Part shown: positions 9,788 through 20,282 of the stretch, in pieces
Layout: each line of letters opens with the position of its first letter
How positions within the stretch are numbered: the first letter of the stretch is position 1
Assembly: GCA_965602045.1 (NCBI GenBank)
Contig: CBFCXR010000002.1
Location: forward strand, 1 to 48,382
Reading direction: 5' to 3'
Length of the DNA: 48,382 nucleotides
From: an uncultured Bacteroidales bacterium
GTDB lineage: Bacteria; Bacteroidota; Bacteroidia; Bacteroidales; UBA10428
Notes under the pieces: model-generated
Told to the model about the DNA's origin: nothing
Database searches by the model: none
Seen by the model: the letters and a program-made list of their open reading frames with translations, nothing else
Made by a program: the position numbers and the translations under genes

Positions 9788-10780
9788 ATGATAGATTTAA
9801 CTACAAAATACCTGGGAATAACAATAAAAAATCCTTTAATCGTTGGTAGTTCAGGTCTTTCAAGCTCAGTTGAGGATATAAAGAAGCTCGAATCAAACGG
9901 AGCAGCCGCGGTAGTCCTGAAATCAATATTTGAAGAAGAAATTCTTCTTGAAGCAAATGCAAGAATCAAAGAAGCTGAGACGGATAAAATGATGTATACC
10001 GAATTATCGGAGACATTTGATTATGTTGATATGCATGTAAAAGAAGATAAGTTAAGTAAATATCTGAAACTTGTAGTTGATACCAAGAAAGAAGTTTTAA
10101 TACCTGTTATTGCAAGCATTAATTGTACTACACCATATGAATGGACTGATTTTGCTGTAAAGCTGCAGGATGCAGGAGCTGATGCTTTGGAATTAAATAT
10201 ATTTCTTAATCCTGTTGATTTATCTGATAAAGATTTTGAACAAACATATCTGGATATTGTAAATAAAGTTTTGAGTAGAGTGAGCATACCGGTTTCAGTT
10301 AAGATTAGCCCTTATTTTACAAAACCGGGATTAATTATTAAAAAACTTTCTGAAACAGGTATAGGAGGTATTGTATTGTTTAACCGATCTTATACTCCTG
10401 ACATTGATATTGATAGTTTTGAGGTAAAATCTGCAAATATATACAGTAACGCCGACGATCAGGGAAATGTTCTAAGGTGGATTGCTTTAATGTCAAAAAA
10501 GGTCAAATGTGACCTTGCCGCCAGCACCGGAATTCATTCGGGGGAAGCAGCTGTTAAGCAAATACTGGCAGGTGCATGTGTGGTTCAGATAGTATCTGTA
10601 TTATATCAGGAAGGATTAGAACAAATTAATGTTATGTTAAATTATATTGAAGACTGGATGACAAAAAAGGGTTATAACTATATAAGTCAGTTTAAAGGTA
10701 AGGTAAGCCAGGAAGGAATTAAGGATCCTGCCGCATTTGAAAGAATGCAGTTTATGAAATACTTTAGCGGCATTGAATAA
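9788..10780 (+). CDS. Dihydroorotate dehydrogenase-like TIM-barrel flavoprotein, atypical (lacks the catalytic Cys motif)
   Basis: 330 aa. N-terminus LGITIKNPLIVGSSG is typical of class-1 DHOD/DPD FMN domains. The position of the ELNLSCPN motif reads ELNIFLNP (nt 10190-10213). Confidence 0.7.
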   Translation: MIDLTTKYLGITIKNPLIVGSSGLSSSVEDIKKLESNGAAAVVLKSIFEEEILLEANARIKEAETDKMMYTELSETFDYVDMHVKEDKLSKYLKLVVDTKKEVLIPVIASINCTTPYEWTDFAVKLQDAGADALELNIFLNPVDLSDKDFEQTYLDIVNKVLSRVSIPVSVKISPYFTKPGLIIKKLSETGIGGIVLFNRSYTPDIDIDSFEVKSANIYSNADDQGNVLRWIALMSKKVKCDLAASTGIHSGEAAVKQILAGACVVQIVSVLYQEGLEQINVMLNYIEDWMTKKGYNYISQFKGKVSQEGIKDPAAFERMQFMKYFSGIE

Positions 10781-10875
10781 GCATTAGAGGTAATAAGTCT
10801 GGGAATTAAATTAACCAATTCCAATATAACTGATTAATTCAGCGTTAAAGGAATTAAATACTTAAGATAACGGTA

Positions 10876-11373
10876 ATGACAAGAATTGGGTTATTATCAG
10901 ATACACACGGGTATCTGGACAATAGAATTTTAGAGAATTTTAGAAATTGTGATGAGATTTGGCATGCCGGAGATATAGGTGCTGTTAAAATTGCTGAAAG
11001 GTTGTTGGAATTTAAGCTGTTCAGAGCTGTTCACGGAAATATAGATGGCCCGGATATTAGAACAATATATCCTGAAAATCAACGATTTTCCTGTGAAGAT
11101 GTGGATGTCTGGATAAAACATATTGGAGGATATCCTGGTAATTATGATCGCCAGATAAGGAATGAGATTATAAAAAATCCTCCTAAATTATTCATATCAG
11201 GTCATTCACATATTTTAAAAGTAATGTTCGATAAAAAGCTTGACCTTTTACATATTAATCCCGGCGCAGCAGGCAAAACCGGATTGCATAAAGTTCGGAC
11301 TGTTGTGAGATTTATAATTGAGAAAAATGAAATAAAGGATTTAGAGGTTATTGAATTGGGAAATAGAGATTAA
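10876..11373 (+). CDS. YfcE/MJ0936-type metallophosphoesterase
   Basis: 165 aa with the calcineurin-like motif series LSDTHG, HAGDIG, HGNIDG, SGHSH. Confidence 0.8.
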   Translation: MTRIGLLSDTHGYLDNRILENFRNCDEIWHAGDIGAVKIAERLLEFKLFRAVHGNIDGPDIRTIYPENQRFSCEDVDVWIKHIGGYPGNYDRQIRNEIIKNPPKLFISGHSHILKVMFDKKLDLLHINPGAAGKTGLHKVRTVVRFIIEKNEIKDLEVIELGNRD

Positions 11374-11572
11374 AACATGAAAAATATTTAACAAACCGGG
11401 TTACTTTTTAATATCTTATGGAATTAATGTATGGAAAAGTTCTATTGGTAATATGATATCCGGTCAATAATTTAATACATATTTTCGTTATTCAAGTTCA
11501 AGTAATTAGTTAACAGGGTATTAGATTATTATAGATTAATTAAGCTAATAAATAACATCAAAATTCGTACAA

Positions 11573-12448
11573 ATGAAAACAAACAAAAAATTTGGGTGGT
11601 TAAAGGATTATGCAGATATCAGGGATTTTTCTCCCGAGCATAATAAGGTAAAACCAATGTTAACAAAGATTAAGGAGACACCGTTAAGTCTGTCATCAAG
11701 TATTCCCGCAAAGATAGATTTAAGGAAATTATGTTCACCTGTTGAAGATCAGGAAGATATTGGTTCATGTACAGCGCAGGCTGGGGTGGGATTAATTGAA
11801 TACTTTGAAAACAGGGCATATAATAAATTCCTGGATGCGTCAAGATTATTTTTATATAAAGTAACAAGGAACTATCTACAGATGGAAGGGGATACAGGTG
11901 CTTTCCTGCGATCAACTATTGCTGCAATGGCTCTTTTTGGTGTCCCTCCTGAAAAATACTGGCCTTATAATACTTTAGATTTTGATATAGAGCCGCCAGG
12001 TTTTTGTTACAGCTTTGCTCAGAATTATAAATCGATCAAATATTTCCGGCTGGATTTACTGAGTCCTTCAGATAGTAATATACTGCAAAGAATTAGAAAA
12101 TTTTTATCTATTGGTTTTCCGGCTATGTTTGGTTTCACTGTATTTGATTCAATTGAGCAAGCAGATAAAAATGAAGGACAGATACCCTTTCCTAATGCTG
12201 AAACTGATAAAGTAGCTGGAGGGCATGCGGTTGTTGCTGTCGGTTATGATGATAAGAAAGAGATAAAGCATGAAAAGAGTAAGCAAAAGTCCACAGGCGC
12301 CTTCTTAATCAGGAATTCGTGGGGAACAAATTGGGGAGAAGACGGATATGGATGGCTTCCGTATGATTATTTATTAAAATGGAATCTTGCATCTGACTGG
12401 TGGACACTTATAAAGCAGGATTATATTGACCTCGGAATATTTGATTGA
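11573..12448 (+). CDS. Papain-like cysteine peptidase (family C1), no signal peptide
   Basis: 291 aa. Catalytic Cys context QEDIGSCTAQA, His context GGHAVVAVGYDD, and Asn/Trp context IRNSWGTNWGEDGYGW. Confidence 0.85.
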   Translation: MKTNKKFGWLKDYADIRDFSPEHNKVKPMLTKIKETPLSLSSSIPAKIDLRKLCSPVEDQEDIGSCTAQAGVGLIEYFENRAYNKFLDASRLFLYKVTRNYLQMEGDTGAFLRSTIAAMALFGVPPEKYWPYNTLDFDIEPPGFCYSFAQNYKSIKYFRLDLLSPSDSNILQRIRKFLSIGFPAMFGFTVFDSIEQADKNEGQIPFPNAETDKVAGGHAVVAVGYDDKKEIKHEKSKQKSTGAFLIRNSWGTNWGEDGYGWLPYDYLLKWNLASDWWTLIKQDYIDLGIFD

Positions 12449-12453
12449 GGATT

Positions 12454-13701
12454 TTATCCGAAACTATGTATAACCAGGCCGCTTCTTAGTTTAGGTTCAA
12501 ACCATGTTGTCTTAGGCGGCATTATATTATCTGTGTCAGCGATATTGATCAGTTGTTCCATGCTTACAGGATATAGTGCAAATGCAACTTTCATTTTACC
12601 GCTATCGACCCTTTTCTTTAGCTCACTTAATCCGCGAATTCCTCCTACAAAATCAATCCTCGTGGATTTTCTTAGATCAGTAATATCTAAAACAGGTCCC
12701 AGAATATGGTTTGATAAAATTGTAACATCTAAACAATCAATTGGATCATTATCATTAAATATTCCCTCTTTTGCTTTCAGTGCATACCATTTACCTTCAA
12801 TGTACATTGAAAATTCATGTAATACTGAAGGTTTATACTCATTTGAACCTTTTTCCTCTAAATGGAAATTGTTTTTTAATTTTTCAATAAATTGAGAAGC
12901 TGAATTCCCATTCAGGTCTTTAATAACACGATTATAATCAATTATTTGAAGGTGACTTGCAGGAAAGTGTACAGCCATGAAATAGTTATAGTCTTCTTTA
13001 CCTGTATGATTCGGATTATTTTGCTTTTGCTCCAATGCTACTTTTGCAGCAGCTGCTGTGCGATGGTGACCGTCAGCGACATAGGTACATGGTATATCAT
13101 TTTTAAATTTATTCTCCAACAGTTTAATCATATCTTTATCATCAACAACCCAGAAATGATGGCCTATTCCATCATATGCATCAAAATTGTATTCAGGTTC
13201 ACTCTGTGTAATAATCTTAACAGCGTTATTAATATCTTCATCATCCTGATAAGTGAAAAATACCGGTTCTGCATGAAATTTATGGTGTTTTATAATATTA
13301 ATCCTGTCAAGTTCCTTGTCAGGCATGGTTAACTCATGTTTTTTGATTTTATTATTTTCATAGTCGTCAATATGTGCACAGCCTAAGATTCCGTACTGAG
13401 TTTTGTTCTGAAAGCTTTGAGCATATATATAAAAACAAGGTTCAGGATCCTCGAAAAATATGCCGTCATCAATAAATTTCATAAGATTTTCCCGTCCTTT
13501 TTCATAAACCTTATTTGAGTGTATGTCAATATCTTTTGGAAGATCCACTTCCGGTTTAATGACATGTAAAAACGAATAGGGATTATCTTTCACCAGTTTT
13601 CTTGCTTCTTCTGAGCTTAAAACGTCATAAGGCCTGGATGCTATTTGCCGGGCAAATTCCTTTTTTGGCCGGAATCCCTTAAATGGTTTTAATATGGCCA
13701 T
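12454..13701 (-). CDS. DUF1015 domain-containing protein
   Basis: 415 aa. The N-terminus MAILKPFKGFRP...RPYDVLS and the internal ADGHHRTAAA are characteristic of DUF1015 as I remember it. Confidence 0.75.
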   Translation of the reverse strand: MAILKPFKGFRPKKEFARQIASRPYDVLSSEEARKLVKDNPYSFLHVIKPEVDLPKDIDIHSNKVYEKGRENLMKFIDDGIFFEDPEPCFYIYAQSFQNKTQYGILGCAHIDDYENNKIKKHELTMPDKELDRINIIKHHKFHAEPVFFTYQDDEDINNAVKIITQSEPEYNFDAYDGIGHHFWVVDDKDMIKLLENKFKNDIPCTYVADGHHRTAAAAKVALEQKQNNPNHTGKEDYNYFMAVHFPASHLQIIDYNRVIKDLNGNSASQFIEKLKNNFHLEEKGSNEYKPSVLHEFSMYIEGKWYALKAKEGIFNDNDPIDCLDVTILSNHILGPVLDITDLRKSTRIDFVGGIRGLSELKKRVDSGKMKVAFALYPVSMEQLINIADTDNIMPPKTTWFEPKLRSGLVIHSFG

Positions 13702-13815
13702 ATATATAAATATTAAGTAGAAAATAAAGTATGTACTTCTAAATATATTACTTGCAATAATTGCTGTAACAGTACGATAGCAACTATTATAAAGAGAAAG
13801 CCAAATAGTTAATAA

Positions 13816-14736
13816 TTAATTAACCTGGAATGTTTTATCGCCTTCATTAATAAACTTTACTATTTGACTGGAAGCTGCCAATCCGGCATTTATATTTGCC
13901 TCAGCAGTCTGAGCTCCCATTTTCTTAGGAGTGAACAGATATCTGCCTTCATATTTTGCTGCTATTTCATCTTTACAGCCAGGAGTAATGTCTGAAATAT
14001 ATCTGAAATCATCCCTTTCTTCAAACATTTGTAAAATTGATTTTTCACAAATAATCTCTTTTCTTGCAGGATTAACCAGGGTTGCTCCCTTAGGCATTAA
14101 GGATAAAAGATCATGGTTAATTGACTCTTTAGTATCATCGGTTGCCGGAATAATAACAGCAACGTACTGACATTTTGTATATAGGTTCTTAATGTCCGTT
14201 TCATAAATTATCCCGTCCTTTTCAATTAATTGCTTATCAATATAGGGATCAAATGCATGAACTGTCATTCCAATACCTTTAGCAATTTTTCCTATTAGCC
14301 TTCCAACATTACCATATGCGTGAAGTCCCAGTGTTTTGCCTTTTAGTTCTGTACCTGCAGAACCATCAAACCCTTTTCTATTGAGAAATATCATCATGCC
14401 TATTGCCAGTTCGGCTACTGCATTAGAATTTTGGCCGGGTGTGTTCATAACCACAATATCTTTAGCTGAAGCAGCTTTAAGGTCAATATTATCGTAACCG
14501 GCACCGGCTCTCACAACAATTTTCAGGTTGTTTCCTGCATTAATTACTTCTTCATCAACAATATCACTTCTCACAATAAGTGCATCCACATTTTCAACTG
14601 CTTTTATCAAAGCACTTTGATCCGCGTATTTTTCCAATAATTGCAATTCAAATCCCGCATTATCAAATATTTTTTTCATACCGGCTACTGCAACAGGTGC
14701 AAACGGTTTTACTGTAGCTATCAATACTTTAGTCAT
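13816..14736 (-). CDS. serA: D-3-phosphoglycerate dehydrogenase / D-2-hydroxyacid dehydrogenase (short form without ACT domain)
   Basis: 306 aa. NAD-binding LHAYGNVGRLIGKIA and the D-isomer 2-hydroxyacid dehydrogenase pattern. It sits immediately downstream of serC on the same strand. Confidence 0.75.
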   Translation of the reverse strand: MTKVLIATVKPFAPVAVAGMKKIFDNAGFELQLLEKYADQSALIKAVENVDALIVRSDIVDEEVINAGNNLKIVVRAGAGYDNIDLKAASAKDIVVMNTPGQNSNAVAELAIGMMIFLNRKGFDGSAGTELKGKTLGLHAYGNVGRLIGKIAKGIGMTVHAFDPYIDKQLIEKDGIIYETDIKNLYTKCQYVAVIIPATDDTKESINHDLLSLMPKGATLVNPARKEIICEKSILQMFEERDDFRYISDITPGCKDEIAAKYEGRYLFTPKKMGAQTAEANINAGLAASSQIVKFINEGDKTFQVN

Positions 14737-14761
14737 GTTTTATATTTTTTATTGAATTATA

Positions 14762-15832
14762 TTAAAGTTTTGCTTCAAATTCTTTCATAGCATTAGTTAA
14801 TGCAATTACACTTTCTTTTGGTAAAGCATTATATATTGAAGCCCTGAAACCTCCGACAGATCTGTGACCCTTAATTCCTACCAATCCTTGTGAAGCAGCA
14901 AATTCAAGAAATTCTCCTTCTTTTTCCTTATAAGATTCATTCATTACAAACGTTACATTCATTATGGAACGATCTTCCTCATTTGTTACAGGTGGAATAA
15001 ACAGTTTGTTTCTATCTATCTCATCATATAGAACGCCGGCTTTTTCTTTATTAATCTTATGCATAGCTTCTACTCCGCCAATATTTTTAAGCCATTTCAG
15101 GGTTTGAAGACATGCAAATACAGCGAGGCATGGTGGAGTATTAAACAGCGAACCTTTATCAATATGCGTACTGTAATTTAACATTGTTGGTATCTTCCTG
15201 TCAACTTTTCCCAGAATATCTTCTTTAATTATGGTAAAAGCCACTCCGGCAGGTCCCAGGTTTTTTTGAGCACCTCCGTAAATAATAGCATATTTTGAGA
15301 TATCTACAGGCCTGCTTAAAATATCTGAAGATGAATCAGCGACCAGAGGAACATCGATATTTAAGTCCTCTTTTATCTCGGTTCCATAAATAGTATTATT
15401 TGTTGTTATATGAAAATAATCAGCATCTTTAGGAATTGAATAGTTTTTTGGGATGTAATTATAATTTGAGTCTTTAGAGGATGCAACAATATCAACCTCA
15501 CCTATCATCTGCGCTTCCTTAATTGCTTTTGATGCCCATGAACCGGTATCCATATAAGCTGCTTTTTTATTAAGCAAATTAAAAGGTATCATACTAAATT
15601 GTAAACTTGCACCACCGTGAAGGAATAATACTGAATAACCGTCAGGAATATTTAATAATTCCTTGAACAATGACTGAGCATTATCCATTATTTCCGAGAA
15701 TTCCTTACTTCTGTGTGAAATTTCCATCACAGATAATCCGGTGCTATTCAAATTCAATACGCCTTCAGCAGTGTTCTTAACAGTGTACTCAGGTAAAACC
15801 GATGGCCCGGGGTTAAAGTTATGTTTCTTCAT
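14762..15832 (-). CDS. serC: 3-phosphoserine/phosphohydroxythreonine aminotransferase
   Basis: 356 aa. NFNPGPS N-terminus, [10 protein letters not shown], and the [14 protein letters not shown]-lysine region. Confidence 0.9.
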   Translation of the reverse strand: MKKHNFNPGPSVLPEYTVKNTAEGVLNLNSTGLSVMEISHRSKEFSEIMDNAQSLFKELLNIPDGYSVLFLHGGASLQFSMIPFNLLNKKAAYMDTGSWASKAIKEAQMIGEVDIVASSKDSNYNYIPKNYSIPKDADYFHITTNNTIYGTEIKEDLNIDVPLVADSSSDILSRPVDISKYAIIYGGAQKNLGPAGVAFTIIKEDILGKVDRKIPTMLNYSTHIDKGSLFNTPPCLAVFACLQTLKWLKNIGGVEAMHKINKEKAGVLYDEIDRNKLFIPPVTNEEDRSIMNVTFVMNESYKEKEGEFLEFAASQGLVGIKGHRSVGGFRASIYNALPKESVIALTNAMKEFEAKL

Positions 15833-15975
15833 AAATTACAAATTTTATTTGTTAAACAATTAACAACTGAAAAAGAGGTCTAAAATTAATAAAATAAATA
15901 TAGTATAGACAAATTTTTTAAAAAAATATAACAGACATTTTTCAACAAAAAAAAATGTTAAAAAATTCAATAAGT

Positions 15976-16722
15976 TTATAACTGTTTTTGTCCTTCCAAT
16001 TTCACTAACTTAATAAGAAAGTAATCTTTTAAGGCAGGTATAATATCTGTTTGATCAAGAGTATGGCAATATTCAATCACATCGTCAAGTTTGTTTTTTC
16101 TTAATCTGTGCCTTTGGGCTGCTTTATCGATGTATGCCATAAGGTCCATTCTGGCGACATTCCATAAATCAATTGAAGCCAGTGTGGAATCACATATTGT
16201 ATAAAAGTTCTCATTTTTCAGAATTATTGAAGCTAATGCTCCGGCAAATAATGAATCCTCGAGGTTGAATTTATCTTTCCATCCTGCACACAAAATCAAC
16301 AAATCACGATCAGTTTTAATAATATAATCTGCCAATGAATTAATATTAAGATATGCACCAATAAGGACTCTGTAACTATCCTTTGCCATCATTATTGAGT
16401 TTGTACCATTTGTTGTACTATATACAATTTCCTTACCCTCAATCCGGTTACGGGTGAAATTAAAAGGTGAATTGCCGAAATCGGCAAAATCCCTGACTAT
16501 ACCATCACGTTCAGCAGCAACAATAAATCCTTTATCTTTATAAGTTTTCGCCTCTTCAAGCGTGGCAACCGGTATAATTTTTTCAACACCATTCATAAAC
16601 GCAGTTATAATAGCTGAGGTAGCCCTTAATATATCAACAATAATTACAACAGCATCCTTGCTGTTAAATGCAGAGAAAATCGCGGGGGAAAAGCATACTT
16701 CTATTTTGTTCTTATTTTTCAT
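15976..16722 (-). CDS. 2-phosphosulfolactate phosphatase (ComB) family protein
   Basis: 248 aa. VIIVDILRATSAI and the AAERDG pattern are typical of the ComB family. Confidence 0.7.
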   Translation of the reverse strand: MKNKNKIEVCFSPAIFSAFNSKDAVVIIVDILRATSAIITAFMNGVEKIIPVATLEEAKTYKDKGFIVAAERDGIVRDFADFGNSPFNFTRNRIEGKEIVYSTTNGTNSIMMAKDSYRVLIGAYLNINSLADYIIKTDRDLLILCAGWKDKFNLEDSLFAGALASIILKNENFYTICDSTLASIDLWNVARMDLMAYIDKAAQRHRLRKNKLDDVIEYCHTLDQTDIIPALKDYFLIKLVKLEGQKQL

Positions 16723-16886
16723 TGTTTAGTTAACCAGAGATGTATGATAAATTGCACAAAAATAATATAAATTAGATTATATCGCCCCTTTAGGACTATG
16801 TTATATTCATTCTATTTATCGCAGTGCGATGCCCAGTGCTAATATTATTAATCCCTGCCTGACGGCGGGTTTCTCCATCCATATTA

Positions 16887-17978
16887 TTATGCCTTCTTGT
16901 AAAATGGCATACCAACCACAGTTGCCTTAAGCGATTTATTACGAATGTTTAAGTAAATTTCCTGCCCCTGGTTTGAATATTCAGTTTTCACATAACCCAT
17001 ACCAATGGCCTTATTCAATGATGGCGACATTGTTCCTGAGGTAACTTCACCTATTTTATTACTTTTATTATCTGTTATTTCATAATGATGCCGGGGAATA
17101 CCTCTATCGTTCATTTCGAATCCAATTAATTTTTTATTAACGCCATTAATTTTCTGATCAAGTAATCTTTGTTTATCGATAAAGTTTTTGTTATCTGTAA
17201 ATTTTGTAATCCATCCTAATCCGGCTTCAATAGGGGAGGTGTTATCATCGATATCGTTTCCGTACAGGCAATAACCCATTTCTAATCTAAGTGTGTCGCG
17301 TGCAGCAAGGCCTACAGGTTTAATATCATATTCCTTGCCGGAGTTAAATATAGCATTCCATAGAGGTATTCCATAATTGTTACGGAAATACAATTCAAAA
17401 CCACCTGAACCGGTATAACCTGTTGCTGATATAATAACATCTTTAGCATCGACCATCTCACCAACAACGAATGAAAAACTGCTGATTTCTGATAAGTTGA
17501 CATCAGTGATTTTTTGCAGAACTTTAACAGCATTCGGCCCCTGAACGGCAATTTGTGAGATTTTATCCGAACTGTTTTCAAGTTCTGCTCCCGGACTATT
17601 ATTCTTATTGATCCAGTTCCAGTCCTTTTCAACATTCGCTGCATTTACAACTAACATATATTTGTCTTCTTCAAATTTATACACTATAAGGTCATCCACA
17701 ATGCCTCCGTTTCCATTTGGGAAGCACGCATATTGTGCTCTGCCAACTTTAAGTAAGGAAATATCATTTGATAATATTAATTGTAATAAATCCAGGGCAT
17801 TTGTACCCTTCACCCAAATTTCTCCCATATGTGAAACATCAAATACGCCGACCGAATTACGTACTGCAAGATGTTCATTGATAATTCCGGAATATTCAAC
17901 AGGCATTTCAAAGTCACAGAATTCAATCATTCGTGCGCCTAAAGTTTTATGTATTTTGTTAAAAACAGTGCTCTTCAT
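16887..17978 (-). CDS. gcvT: Glycine cleavage system aminomethyltransferase (T protein)
   Basis: 363 aa. [16 protein letters not shown] and [11 protein letters not shown] motifs. Confidence 0.9.
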   Translation of the reverse strand: MKSTVFNKIHKTLGARMIEFCDFEMPVEYSGIINEHLAVRNSVGVFDVSHMGEIWVKGTNALDLLQLILSNDISLLKVGRAQYACFPNGNGGIVDDLIVYKFEEDKYMLVVNAANVEKDWNWINKNNSPGAELENSSDKISQIAVQGPNAVKVLQKITDVNLSEISSFSFVVGEMVDAKDVIISATGYTGSGGFELYFRNNYGIPLWNAIFNSGKEYDIKPVGLAARDTLRLEMGYCLYGNDIDDNTSPIEAGLGWITKFTDNKNFIDKQRLLDQKINGVNKKLIGFEMNDRGIPRHHYEITDNKSNKIGEVTSGTMSPSLNKAIGMGYVKTEYSNQGQEIYLNIRNKSLKATVVGMPFYKKA

Positions 17979-18177
17979 AAAATAAAATTTAAACGTTCTA
18001 TCAAATTATATAAATAGAAAATAATATTAATATTAATCTTAATTGGAAATTACTTTCGTTATCCGGAGTAATATTAAATAAAAAAGTAAATAAGATAACT
18101 ACAGATAATAATTACAATCATCAAAGATGGAAAAAACATTTAGTGATGTTTGCTGAATTTAATTTCCGCCCTTCTTT

Positions 18178-20253
18178 TTATTTACTCAATACTTTGAATT
18201 CAACCCTTCTATTCTGTGCTCTTCCGGCTTCCGTTTTATTTGGCGCAATGGGCTGACTGTAAGCATATCCTTTATATTCTAACCTGTTCTGAACAATACC
18301 TTTTTTAACAAGGTAAGTAACAACTGCTTTTGCTCTATCTTGAGATAGCCTGGTATTATATTTTAACGTACCCACATTGTCGGTATGTCCTGAAATTTCA
18401 ATTCGTAATGTCTCATTGTTTTGAAGGAGTTTTATTACGTTATTCAATTCAGCATATGATTCACGTTTGAGCGTTGATTTACCAAACTCAAAGAAGATAT
18501 TTTTAAGGATAACTTTTGCACCAACTTCAACTCTCTCGAGTTCAAAATTTCTAACAACAATTTCATCTTTGGATTCTTTTGATAAATCTATTGCATCAAG
18601 GTAAAGAAGATAACCTTTTGCTACAATTTCAACGCCATAAGATTTTGGAGAGGGCACTTTTGCCTTATAATTTCCTGATGCGTCAGATATAGCTGTAGCG
18701 ACAACTTGACTTATGTCAACGTCTATTAATTCAAGTTTAGCAATAATAGGCTTTTGATTTTCCGAATCAGTTATCATTCCTTTCATTATCAGTGATGTGT
18801 CAACTTCAAGCTTTAGTGGATCAATAAAGAATATATTATCCGGGGGTTTCTGTAAACCGGCAATTAATTTTTCTTCACCACTTAAAATCATCTCCTTCTC
18901 TGCGCCAAGATAGATAACTTTGTATATATCTTTTCCTCCGATGCCTCTTTCGCGGATTGTGGAATAATATCCTGTTTTGCCTTCCGCAGTTAACACGAAG
19001 AAAACATCATCATCAGGCGTATTTATAGGATAGCCTACATTTTCAGGCTTGGACCACAAGCCCGTTTCACTAATGGTTGTTGTGAAAATATCATAACCTC
19101 CCATTGTTTTGTGTCCTTTTGAGCTAAAGAACAAAGTGCTGTCATTTGGAGAAATACTTATAGCAATCTCATTAAATGCCGTATTAATCATGGATCCAAG
19201 ATTTTCCGGATTACCCCATTTACCCTTATAATCTTTTTTTGAAACAAATATATCTGCTCCTCCCAAAGATGTTTTTTCATTTTCAGATATAAAAAACATT
19301 GTTTTTCCATTAGAAGTAAGACAGAGCGAGGTTTCGCGATATTTTGAATTTATTTTAGCTGAAAGTCTTTTTGGTGTTGTCCATTTGTCGGCCTGATAAA
19401 CGCTTTTATATATATCTCCTGAGTTTGATTTACCCAGATACGAATATATTTCTTTCTTGTCTGCAGACATGCCAACTGCTGCATTATTATCCTTATTTGT
19501 TTTCTTATTAATCTTTTTATCAAGGCGTTTCGCCGTTCCCCAGCCATCCAGTTTATTTATAGAATAATAAATATCTTCATAAAACTTATTGTCAGCAGGA
19601 TTTCTTTTACTTTTTTCCAGTTGCTTTCTTCGTGATGTAAAATACATTAACGATTCATCTCTGGAAATAACTGAGTTATAATCATCATAAACAGTATTGA
19701 TTTTTTTACCCAGGTTGTTTATAACAACTCTTGCAGGATTGCCTACAAGCTCTTTTCCATTTCTGCATTGCTGGATTAATTGAGCAATAAGGCCACTTTT
19801 AGTAACCAGTTCTTTTGGGTGAAGGTTATTTTTGTATTCTGTATATTCTAAAATAGCGTTATCAAAATCAAGAACCAGGTGATACGCCCTTCCTAACATA
19901 AATCTGATGTCAGAGGTGACATTTGGTTTAATCTTATATGCTTTTTTAAAGTATTTTATTGATTCAAATTTTTCATCAGTGAACAAATAACATACACCTA
20001 TCATATAACTTAACTCAGCGTTATTAGGATTATATCTGTATCCTTTCAGATATAATTTTCTTGCTTCTCTGTAAGTTCCCAAACCATCTTCGAAAAGCTT
20101 ATTGCCCATATTAACAGCTTTCCAGGATTCTTTAAAACCCGTATTTATTATTTTAAATTCACTTTTTCTAATCTTTGCTTTTTGCTGTGTTTTAACCGGT
20201 AAGCTAATAAGTAATATAAATGCAAATAGTACAGAAATTCTTAATATTTTCAT
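18178..20253 (-). CDS. OmpA-family protein with TPR / TolB-like beta-propeller / carboxypeptidase-regulatory-like / OmpA_C architecture (PorE-like domain order)
   Basis: 691 aa. Signal peptide MKILRISVLFAFILLISLPVKTQ; N-terminal TPR-like helices; PD40-like repeats (MYFTSRR, MFFISEN, LFFSSKG); CRD-like GMITDSENQKPI...ASGNYKAKV; C-terminal ISGHTDNVGT..YN..LSQDRA peptidoglycan-binding motif. Confidence 0.8.
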   Translation of the reverse strand: MKILRISVLFAFILLISLPVKTQQKAKIRKSEFKIINTGFKESWKAVNMGNKLFEDGLGTYREARKLYLKGYRYNPNNAELSYMIGVCYLFTDEKFESIKYFKKAYKIKPNVTSDIRFMLGRAYHLVLDFDNAILEYTEYKNNLHPKELVTKSGLIAQLIQQCRNGKELVGNPARVVINNLGKKINTVYDDYNSVISRDESLMYFTSRRKQLEKSKRNPADNKFYEDIYYSINKLDGWGTAKRLDKKINKKTNKDNNAAVGMSADKKEIYSYLGKSNSGDIYKSVYQADKWTTPKRLSAKINSKYRETSLCLTSNGKTMFFISENEKTSLGGADIFVSKKDYKGKWGNPENLGSMINTAFNEIAISISPNDSTLFFSSKGHKTMGGYDIFTTTISETGLWSKPENVGYPINTPDDDVFFVLTAEGKTGYYSTIRERGIGGKDIYKVIYLGAEKEMILSGEEKLIAGLQKPPDNIFFIDPLKLEVDTSLIMKGMITDSENQKPIIAKLELIDVDISQVVATAISDASGNYKAKVPSPKSYGVEIVAKGYLLYLDAIDLSKESKDEIVVRNFELERVEVGAKVILKNIFFEFGKSTLKRESYAELNNVIKLLQNNETLRIEISGHTDNVGTLKYNTRLSQDRAKAVVTYLVKKGIVQNRLEYKGYAYSQPIAPNKTEAGRAQNRRVEFKVLSK

Positions 20254-20282
20254 CTGTTTAGTATTTATTTATGGTCAACCTG

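Noticed and set aside
16723-16886. Locally GC-richer patch downstream of gcvT (cccgcc-gtca-ggcaggg) as a possible ncRNA
   Set aside because: It forms only an imperfect 6-bp bulged hairpin without a U-tail and matches no motif I recognise. At best it is a weak gcvT terminator.
17979-18177. Glycine riboswitch upstream of gcvT
   Set aside because: The leader is AT-rich and lacks the GGAGAG...ACCGAAGGGGCAA-type conserved cores.
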